The notes below the pieces were generated by a model, which had not been told where the DNA came from, did no database searches, and saw nothing but the letters and a program-made list of their open reading frames with translations. A stretch of DNA of 53,675 nucleotides from an uncultured Alphaproteobacteria bacterium (GTDB lineage Bacteria > Pseudomonadota > Alphaproteobacteria > RF32 > CAG-239), in assembly GCA_944393715.1 (NCBI GenBank), contig CALYBB010000050.1, positions 1-53,675 of the forward strand. The letters run 5' to 3'. Of the stretch, positions 46,587 through 53,675 are shown in pieces. The translations under genes and the position numbers were made by a program. Every line of letters begins with the position of its first letter. The first letter of the stretch is position 1.

Positions 46587-47054
46587 CTAAAATGTGCCCG
46601 CTGGTGCTGGAAAATGCAAAATCTTTTTTTTCTTTGCCGGCTTTGCGATCTCTGGTTTATAGCCTCCTTCGGTGCATACAAGTTTATCGGCGTCATAATT
46701 TTTGCATTTTACCGGTTCGACCGAATCAAGTTCCACCAAATCACCGTCTTCATCCCGAACAAAAACAACAGTGTTGCAGCCGAGCTGCCCGCAGTTAAAA
46801 GGAGCATCAAGAATAAAAACAAAGCTCTGATCAGGGTATTTTGCCACGTAAAAATCGTCAAACTTGACTTCCAGCGGCAGTTCATCGGCCGCAGGACCAA
46901 ATTCTCCGTCAAAAATATCGGCAGTTTCTTCTTTGCTGATACCAAGCTCGCCAAGGTTATCGCTGGCAGCATTATAAAACAGGTAAAGATCGCCGGCTCT
47001 GGCGGAAAAGACGGAAAACAACACGATCAAAAGCGTCGGAAATAAATGTTTCAT
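46587..47054 (-). CDS. Secreted/periplasmic hypothetical protein with CGxxGC motif
   Basis: Signal peptide ending SARA; NCGQLGC. Confidence 0.78.
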   Translation of the reverse strand: MKHLFPTLLIVLFSVFSARAGDLYLFYNAASDNLGELGISKEETADIFDGEFGPAADELPLEVKFDDFYVAKYPDQSFVFILDAPFNCGQLGCNTVVFVRDEDGDLVELDSVEPVKCKNYDADKLVCTEGGYKPEIAKPAKKKKILHFPAPAGTF

Positions 47055-47170
47055 CTCAGGACCTTTCATGCTTGTAATCAAAATATTAGTCGATAATGGT
47101 TAAAAATTAAATACTTTTTTAGAGATTATGCTTAAAAATTAAACCATATTTTATTACAAAGGAATAAGCC

Positions 47171-48580
47171 ATGAAACTAAACCAATTGATCAACACAAAA
47201 AAAGAAACGGAAATTACGGGCATAACGAGCGATTCGCGCAAAGTCGAACAGGGCTTTTTATTTGGGGCAGTTAACGGCGATTATGCGGCTGATGCCGCCG
47301 CCAGAGGCGCCGCGGCAATAATCGTGGCTCAAGACTATGCCGGTAGCCTTCCTCCGGAGGTTGAGGTTATCCGTTCGGCAGATCCTGTTTATGCTTATGC
47401 CAGAGCCGTTGCCGCTTTTTTTGATAATGCTTGCCCGTCGCATTTGGCGGCCGTTACCGGAACCAACGGCAAAACATCTATTGCCGATTTTGTGCGGCAG
47501 GTATTGTCCATGATGGGCTATAAGGCAGCTAGTATAGGCACTTTGGGATTAATAAAAGGAGACGCCGCACCGATACCTTCACCCAATACCACACCGGATT
47601 GCGTCAGCATCCATCAGGAACTGAAAGAGCTTGCTGACGAAGGGGTTACATATACCATAATGGAGGCTTCCAGCCACGGGCTACATCAGGGGCGCATGGC
47701 CGCTTTGTCGTTTGACGTTGCCGGCTTTACCAATTTGACGCGTGATCATCTGGATTACCACAAAACATTTGAGGATTATTTCAATGCCAAAATGATTTTA
47801 TTCCGCCACAATCTGAAAGAAGGCGGAACGGCGGTTCTGAATGCCGATATTGAGTGTTTTGGTCGTATAGTCGCCATCTGTGAACAGCGAGGGCAAAAAA
47901 TTATTTCTTACGGTTTCGGAGGGCAGGATATTAAATTGTTGTCCGCTACGCCTTTGGAATATGGGCAAAAATTGGATATTGAGTATTTTGGCCAACCGAA
48001 GACGATTGAAATTCCGCTGGTCGGAGAGTTTCAAGCCATGAATGTTCTCTGTGCACTGGGAATGCTTGCTGCAATGACCGGCTTGCCCGATGATGTCATT
48101 AACTACATCGACAAAATCAAAGGTGCCAAAGGAAGATTGGAACTTGTCGCTCATACGCCGAACGGTGCGGCTGTTTATATTGATTATGCCCACACGCCGG
48201 ATGGTTTGGAAAATGTTTTAAAAGCGCTGCGGCCGCATACTCCTGGGCGTCTGCACGTCGTTTTCGGCTGCGGCGGCAATCGCGACAAAGGCAAACGTCC
48301 GTTAATGGGAAAAATCGCACATGATTTGGCCGATGTCGTATACGTAACCGATGATAACCCGCGCTTTGAAGAGGCGGAAGATATCCGCAACGAAATCATG
48401 CCGGCTTGTCAGGGGGCCTATAATATTGCAGATCGAGCCAAAGCCATTAAATTTGCCGTTGAAAGGCTGATGCCCGGCGATGTTTTGGTCGTCGCCGGCA
48501 AAGGACATGAAACCGGGCAATATATCAAGGGAAAAATTCATCATTTCAGTGATCATGAAGAAATTTTGAAAAATATTTAA
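47171..48580 (+). CDS. murE: UDP-MurNAc-tripeptide synthetase (meso-DAP specific)
   Basis: VTGTNGKTS, EASSHGL, DYAHTPD, DNPR (DAP-specific motif) and GKGHE. Confidence 0.97.
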   Translation: MKLNQLINTKKETEITGITSDSRKVEQGFLFGAVNGDYAADAAARGAAAIIVAQDYAGSLPPEVEVIRSADPVYAYARAVAAFFDNACPSHLAAVTGTNGKTSIADFVRQVLSMMGYKAASIGTLGLIKGDAAPIPSPNTTPDCVSIHQELKELADEGVTYTIMEASSHGLHQGRMAALSFDVAGFTNLTRDHLDYHKTFEDYFNAKMILFRHNLKEGGTAVLNADIECFGRIVAICEQRGQKIISYGFGGQDIKLLSATPLEYGQKLDIEYFGQPKTIEIPLVGEFQAMNVLCALGMLAAMTGLPDDVINYIDKIKGAKGRLELVAHTPNGAAVYIDYAHTPDGLENVLKALRPHTPGRLHVVFGCGGNRDKGKRPLMGKIAHDLADVVYVTDDNPRFEEAEDIRNEIMPACQGAYNIADRAKAIKFAVERLMPGDVLVVAGKGHETGQYIKGKIHHFSDHEEILKNI

Positions 48581-48586
48581 AATCCG

Positions 48587-48620
48587 ACAGGGTTTCTGCC
48601 AAAAAAAGCAGAAACCCTGT
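48587..48620. terminator. Strong hairpin between convergent genes
   Basis: Perfect 13-bp stem acagggtttctgc/gcagaaaccctgt. Confidence 0.75.
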
Positions 48621-48623
48621 TAC

Positions 48624-48986
48624 TTATTCATACAGCGTCGGATTGACAAACAAAAGGCAGCATACCTTTCTAAAATACTCGGGGGTATAATCAATCCGGT
48701 GTCCGTCACGATCCCAGAATATCCAGCCTCCGTCATCCTTTTTAACAATAGAAACTTTCTTTTCCAGCGTGACGCTGCACATGCGAGAAGACTCCAAAAG
48801 CACAAATTTGCCTTCAGACAAATCATAGGCATATTTTGTAATTCCCCGCACAGTTAGACCGGGATGTCTAAAAACACTGCCATCTGCTTTTCGCCAGCGA
48901 ATGATAGTGTAATCTAAATTCTTTTCTTCTGTCCGTAATAAATACGCGAAAAAAGACAGAGATGGTTTTTTCATATCCATAGGCAC
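48624..48986 (-). CDS. Hypothetical protein (about 120 aa)
   Basis: Fills the gap between ftsB and the hairpin; start uncertain. Confidence 0.55.
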   Translation of the reverse strand: MPMDMKKPSLSFFAYLLRTEEKNLDYTIIRWRKADGSVFRHPGLTVRGITKYAYDLSEGKFVLLESSRMCSVTLEKKVSIVKKDDGGWIFWDRDGHRIDYTPEYFRKVCCLLFVNPTLYE

Positions 48987-49054
48987 AAAAATTTAGAAGT
49001 GAATATCCGTCTTATAGCATATTTTTTTGTTTGCGACAAGTCTTTTTGACAAAA

Positions 49055-49375
49055 TTAATCAAAATTGCCGTCCAAAATAATAAATTCATCGTCGGCAGCC
49101 ATATTTAGAACCACACGCGCTCTTTCGTCCAAAAGGTCAACATCCAAACCGACATCGGACAGATGCTGCACCTTGCGCTGCAGCTTTTGTTTTTGTGCGG
49201 CATACATTGCGGCTGTTTCCTGTGCCTGAGCAATCTCTCGTTTGAGCGTAAAATAACGATAAATATTTCGCTCGCCGCAAAAACTGTGAAAACCGAAATA
49301 GATAATGATAAAACCACTGATCAGCATCAACCAGTATTGTCTGAATTTTCGCTGAATATCCAACCCAAACACCAT
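49055..49375 (-). CDS. ftsB: Septum formation initiator (FtsB/DivIC)
   Basis: TM ending YFGFHSFCGER; coiled coil; LDVDLLDERARVVLN...DE. Confidence 0.9.
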   Translation of the reverse strand: MVFGLDIQRKFRQYWLMLISGFIIIYFGFHSFCGERNIYRYFTLKREIAQAQETAAMYAAQKQKLQRKVQHLSDVGLDVDLLDERARVVLNMAADDEFIILDGNFD

Positions 49376-49506
49376 TTTTACCTTCTTATTTTTTTAGTTG
49401 TTCGCTTCTTTTCTGGAATTAGCCGACTCGTTATTCTAACATCTATCGAGTCAAACAGATTTTGGTTAATATATGGTTTAATATTTAGGCACTCAATAAA
49501 CAAAAA

Positions 49507-49926
49507 CTAGCGAGCGACACAGTTGTTTCCCTGCCACCGCCAAGCAGTTACTTTGCCTTTCTCGAGCAAGAACATAGTCTTGCAGATATAATCGGCTTCA
49601 TAACCGATGGCAGCAGGGTTCTCGGCAAATAAATATGTGTTCAAAAACGGCGAAAACATCCCATCCATGCCATAGATTTCTTCACCCTGCTCATAAGTGT
49701 AAAATTCCGACGGCACAAATATGTCGTCAACTTTTGTATAAGCCAAAATTTTGGTATCACTATCAATAATTTTAACCGCCGACGGTTTTCCGAAATGTTG
49801 AACAATCTGTGCCTCAGAGGCTCCCAAAAAGCCATTGAGCATATTGTCATAACCTTTCGTCGTGGCACAGGCAAACAGCAATGCCGCCACAATCAGCAAA
49901 AAAGCAATCCTACCGTATTTTTTCAT
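49507..49926 (-). CDS. Lipoprotein of unknown function
   Basis: MKKYGRIAFLLIVAALLFAC lipobox; G.SE..IV..FGKP; GGAG RBS. Confidence 0.82.
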   Translation of the reverse strand: MKKYGRIAFLLIVAALLFACATTKGYDNMLNGFLGASEAQIVQHFGKPSAVKIIDSDTKILAYTKVDDIFVPSEFYTYEQGEEIYGMDGMFSPFLNTYLFAENPAAIGYEADYICKTMFLLEKGKVTAWRWQGNNCVAR

Positions 49927-49989
49927 CTCCTGCCTCCGTTTTATAAAGAAACACTCTACAACAGATAAGCAGCAGAACATTTTTTTCAA

Positions 49990-50646
49990 TTAATGATAAG
50001 TTCTAATCAACGAACTTAATATTCCCTGAATCCGCACTCGGTCGGCAGACAGGCGGCGGGTTTCATAAGCGCTGTTTTTCGGAATCAGCAAAATATCACC
50101 GCCTTCTTTTTTAATTTGCTTCAAAGTAGCCTCATGACCGTCTACCAATGCAACAACAATATCACCATTGTGTGCGGTATTGCTTTTTTTGATGACAACG
50201 GTGTCGCCGTTCATAATGCCGGCGTCGATCATCGAGTCGCCTTCAATTGTCAACGCATAATATTCGCCGCCGCGGATCATATTCAGCGGAATATTAATTT
50301 TTTCGGTTTCGTTGGCAATAGCTTCAATCGGTGTTCCGGCGGCAATTTTGCCATACAACGGAATTTCGACTGTTGAACCGGCCAGCGCCGCTTCTTTGGC
50401 TTTTTCTTCGGCAATGATGCTTGAGGGCTTTAATTTTGGCAGCCGCAAAACCTCCAAAGCTCTGGCTTTGTGTGGAAGTTTACGGATAAAATTACGTTCA
50501 ACCAAAGCGTCAATCAGCGCATGAATGCCGGATTTTGATTTTAGCCCAAGAGCATCCTTCATCTCATCAAACGAAGGGCAACATCCGTTTTCTTTAAGTG
50601 TTTTATTGATAAACATCAACAACTTATATTGCTTCGGCGTCAACAT
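49990..50646 (-). CDS. lexA: SOS repressor LexA
   Basis: PSFDEMKDALGLKSKSGIH (alphaproteobacterial type); IAAG cleavage site; GDSM and ATLK. Confidence 0.97.
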   Translation of the reverse strand: MLTPKQYKLLMFINKTLKENGCCPSFDEMKDALGLKSKSGIHALIDALVERNFIRKLPHKARALEVLRLPKLKPSSIIAEEKAKEAALAGSTVEIPLYGKIAAGTPIEAIANETEKINIPLNMIRGGEYYALTIEGDSMIDAGIMNGDTVVIKKSNTAHNGDIVVALVDGHEATLKQIKKEGGDILLIPKNSAYETRRLSADRVRIQGILSSLIRTYH

Positions 50647-50683
50647 AAAACTTCCTCCTGCTCGGATTGATATATATATAAAC

Positions 50684-50698
50684 GTTCTACTTTAGTTC
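50684..50698. promoter_or_regulatory. Alphaproteobacterial LexA box GTTC-N7-GTTC
   Basis: gttc-tacttta-gttc, about 38 bp upstream of the lexA ATG. Confidence 0.88.
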
Positions 50699-50835
50699 TT
50701 TTGTTATGTCAACCCATAAAAACATAAGGTAATCAACAAAAAGCCGCTGAGGGGAAATAGTTATTGAAAAATTTTTTGCTTGTGCGTATAGTTGTAAGCA
50801 ACTGTTAATTTAACTAAAAATATAAGGAAATATCA

Positions 50836-52308
50836 ATGACGACAGAAACCAACATCCATCGGGAATCCCGCCTAGTAAAGCTTCAAAATTTGCAAAACAA
50901 GGGCTATAATCCTTATCCATATTGCTTCAAGCCTGATGCGTTTGCGGCGGATCTGCAGGAAAAATATAAAGATCTGCCGGCAGGCGTTGATACCGAAGAT
51001 CGCGTTACCGTTGCCGGTCGTGCCATGGCTGTCCGCAACAGTGGCATGTTTATTGATATCAAAGACCATAGCGGCAAAATTCAAGCTTTCTGTCATAAGA
51101 ATCACTTGCCGGAAGAGGCCGTTGAGCGCCTAAAAGATCTTGATGTCGGCGACATTGTCGGCGTCTCGGGCTATGTTCGCCGCACGCCGCGCGGCGAGCT
51201 TTCGGTTGCTGCCGAAAAGTTTGATATTATCTCAAAATCGCTGCAGCCGCTGCCGGAAAAATTTCATGGGCTGACCGATATTGATGCGCGCTACCGCCAG
51301 CGCTATGTCGATTTTATTATGAACGATGAAAGCAAAGAGATTTATCGCAAGCGCTGCGCCATTACTTCGGCCATTCGCCGCTATTTTGAAGAACACGGTT
51401 TTTTAGAGGTTGAAACTCCGATGCTGCACCCGATTATGGGCGGAGCTAATGCCAAACCGTTTATCACGCACCACAACGCGTTGGATATGGATTTGTACTT
51501 ACGCATTGCGCCGGAACTATATCTTAAAAAATTGATTGTTGGCGGCTTTGATCGAGTGTTTGAAATCGGTCGCAACTTCCGTAACGAAGGCGTCGACAAA
51601 ACGCATAATCCGGAGTTTACGGCGCTGGAAGCCTATCAGGCCTATGCCGATTATAACGATATGGCTGAGTTGATACCGTCACTCTTGGCTTATGTGGCGC
51701 AAGCGGTCAACGGTACAACCAAAATCAACGTTAATGGTACAGAAATTGATTTGGGACAACCTTTTGCCAGAAAATCCATGATTGAATTGGTTAAAGAAGC
51801 TACCGGTGTTGATTTTCTGGAAGCCAAGGATTTAGAAGAAGCCAAGGCAATGGCCAAGTCAATAGGCATCGATGCTTCCGACTGCATTTCTTGGGGACGC
51901 GTTGTTTCAGAGGTCTTTGACGAACGGGTCGAACCAAATCTTATTCAGCCGATTTTGGTAATGGATATGCCGCGAGATATTTCGCCGCTGGCCAAAACGC
52001 ATCGTTCCAATCCGCGGCTTGTGGAGCATTTTGATGCCTATGTCGGCGGTATGGAAATGGGCTGTGCTTATTCGGAGTTGTCCAATCCTTTGGAACAGCG
52101 CGAACGTTTTGAAGCACAATGCGCAGACCGTGAAAAAGGTGATGATGAGGCACAAATGCTGGATGAAGACTTTATTAACGCGCTGGAAAACGGTTTTCCG
52201 CCAACCGGCGGTATGGGCATGGGAATAGACCGTTTGGCTATTTTGCTGACTGGCGCCGAAACTATCCGCGATGTTATCGCTTTTCCGACCTTAAGAAAGA
52301 AAGAGTAG
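50836..52308 (+). CDS. lysS: Lysine--tRNA ligase, class II
   Basis: [30 protein letters not shown] and GIDRL. Confidence 0.98.
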   Translation: MTTETNIHRESRLVKLQNLQNKGYNPYPYCFKPDAFAADLQEKYKDLPAGVDTEDRVTVAGRAMAVRNSGMFIDIKDHSGKIQAFCHKNHLPEEAVERLKDLDVGDIVGVSGYVRRTPRGELSVAAEKFDIISKSLQPLPEKFHGLTDIDARYRQRYVDFIMNDESKEIYRKRCAITSAIRRYFEEHGFLEVETPMLHPIMGGANAKPFITHHNALDMDLYLRIAPELYLKKLIVGGFDRVFEIGRNFRNEGVDKTHNPEFTALEAYQAYADYNDMAELIPSLLAYVAQAVNGTTKINVNGTEIDLGQPFARKSMIELVKEATGVDFLEAKDLEEAKAMAKSIGIDASDCISWGRVVSEVFDERVEPNLIQPILVMDMPRDISPLAKTHRSNPRLVEHFDAYVGGMEMGCAYSELSNPLEQRERFEAQCADREKGDDEAQMLDEDFINALENGFPPTGGMGMGIDRLAILLTGAETIRDVIAFPTLRKKE

Positions 52309-52312
52309 TCTT

Positions 52313-53497
52313 TTGCCAAAACTGACGCCGATCCAGTTAAAATACTTACTCCTCAAGGGAGTGCATCTGCTGGCAGTCATTTTGATTATGGCCGTTTTGG
52401 TGGCGTATTTTCATAAAGAAACGCCGCCAAAACCAGATAAGCCGGAAGCAGAACCAGTTCCTGTGATGATGAATCCCGAACTCTCAGCTTATGAACAATT
52501 TTGTCTGAATAATCAAGATGCCGGATGTGTCCTGCCTGATGACAATAAAAAAAGCGCTGTCAAAGTTATTTTGATGGATACCGGCGAACTTGACGATGAA
52601 TTGCGCGAAAAAATAGCAAAAATTGCACTCAACGGATGCAACACCGCACCGCGGGTTGACGGAGATATGCAAAAGTTTTTGGATTATCTGTACGAAGAAG
52701 ACTTGCCGGAAGATATTATTGATGAAACGGCGGCTATCAAGAACCCAAAGCTGAAAAATATGCATATCATTCCGGCGCGCAAACCACCTTTTTGGGGCAA
52801 AACGCCAAAGGTCGTGTTGATAATTGATGATATGGGTATCAGCCAAAAACGCACGGCCGATATTGCCGAGCTGCATTATCCGTTGACGGTGGCATTTTTG
52901 ACTTACGGCAGAAACCTCTCGCAACAAATTGAAAATTCTAAAAGAGCAGGGCAGGAGATTATGTTGCACACGCCGATGGAAGCTCTTGGTAAAGTTGATG
53001 TGGCACCGGATGTTTTGACAACAAAGATGAGCCTCGAAGAAATCAAACATAATTTTAAGGCAATGCTGGATAAATTTCCAGACATCCAAGGAATTAATAA
53101 CCACATGGGCAGCAAGCTGACCGAAGATCTGTCGCGCATGAATGTCATAATGGAGATATTGAAGGAAAGGAATATGTTCTTCCTTGATTCTAAGACTTCC
53201 GCCAAATCTCGGGCAGAAGAGGCGGCCAGAGCAGCCGGCATTGCCTATGCTCATCGACATGTATTTCTAGACAACAATAATGACAAGACTTATATTTTAG
53301 GACAGCTTGATAAGGTTGAAAAACTGGCTAGAAAGAACGGTTACGCCATTGCCATCGGCCACCCTAAAAGCCAGACTTATGCGGCACTGAAAGAATGGTT
53401 GCCCAAGATGAAAGACAAAGGATTGGAACTAATTCATTTGAGCGAGGCAATAAAAGTCTTGCATCCGTGGTTTGGCCGCAAGGCAGCGGAAAAATAA
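52313..53497 (+). CDS. Divergent polysaccharide deacetylase (YibQ-like)
   Basis: IIDDMG, HTPME, GINNHMGS, FLDS.T, VFLD and AIGHP; N-terminal TM. Confidence 0.92.
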   Translation: MPKLTPIQLKYLLLKGVHLLAVILIMAVLVAYFHKETPPKPDKPEAEPVPVMMNPELSAYEQFCLNNQDAGCVLPDDNKKSAVKVILMDTGELDDELREKIAKIALNGCNTAPRVDGDMQKFLDYLYEEDLPEDIIDETAAIKNPKLKNMHIIPARKPPFWGKTPKVVLIIDDMGISQKRTADIAELHYPLTVAFLTYGRNLSQQIENSKRAGQEIMLHTPMEALGKVDVAPDVLTTKMSLEEIKHNFKAMLDKFPDIQGINNHMGSKLTEDLSRMNVIMEILKERNMFFLDSKTSAKSRAEEAARAAGIAYAHRHVFLDNNNDKTYILGQLDKVEKLARKNGYAIAIGHPKSQTYAALKEWLPKMKDKGLELIHLSEAIKVLHPWFGRKAAEK

Positions 53498-53524
53498 AAA
53501 AATTCGTTTAAGCTAAAAAAAGAC

Positions 53525-53553
53525 TTGACCGAATAAAAAAATATCGTTATATA
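53525..53553 (+). promoter_or_regulatory. Sigma70-type promoter of tRNA-Glu
   Basis: TTGACC-N17-TATATA. Confidence 0.7.
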
Positions 53554-53571
53554 TGCCCTAGTTATTTTGCT

Positions 53572-53646
53572 GGTCCCATCGTCTAATGGTTAGGACATCA
53601 CCCTTTCACGGTGGTAATATGGGTACGAATCCCGTTGGGATCACCA
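53572..53646 (+). tRNA. tRNA-Glu (UUC)
   Basis: GGTCCCATCGTCTAATGGTTAGGACATCACCCTTTCACGGTGGTAATATGGGTACGAATCCCGTTGGGATCACCA; anticodon TTC; atypical T-loop. Confidence 0.93.
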
Positions 53647-53656
53647 ATATTAAAAC

Positions 53657-53675
53657 ACCCTCCCTTGCGGAGGGT
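53657..53675 (+). terminator. Probable terminator after tRNA-Glu (cut by the window edge)
   Basis: accctcc-cttgc-ggagggt hairpin. Confidence 0.6.

Noticed and set aside
49466-49481. CtrA box upstream of ftsB
   Set aside because: Spacing is TTAA-N8-TTAA rather than N7, which is weak evidence in AT-rich DNA
52484-53260. 258-aa minus-strand ORF and the other short overlapping ORFs in the track
   Set aside because: They overlap well-supported genes on the opposite strand or in another frame and show no recognisable motifs

Overview
This window is chromosomal DNA from an alphaproteobacterium: it has the nuoL-M-N-birA-rnj gene order, a GTTC-N7-GTTC LexA box and TTAA-N7-TTAAC CtrA-type boxes. I infer a reduced, probably anaerobic or host-associated lineage, possibly gut RF32-like. 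Housekeeping content includes three tRNAs (Lys, Pro, Glu), birA, rnj, a PhoR-like kinase, mutS, slyX, glgB-glgX-malQ, an AcrR-AcrA-AcrB efflux locus, murE, ftsB, lexA and lysS. There is also a small surface-glycosylation locus and a rubredoxin missed by the ORF track. I saw no CRISPR array, prophage, integrase or transposase. Two regions stand out. (1) A stand-alone nuoL/M/N trio has intact ORFs, but most of the charged proton-translocation residues are replaced, suggesting a repurposed complex I membrane arm. (2) A ~13 kb envelope island (33.8-47 kb) encodes a 2051-aa secreted protein built from Cys-rich modules, a 998-aa effector-like protein behind tandem CtrA-type boxes, two beta-barrel OMPs (one with CPC motifs), a Cys-rich lipoprotein and an orphan DpnA-like methyltransferase. 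This hints at a disulfide-crosslinked surface layer. All family calls come from motif recognition by eye; no searches were run.
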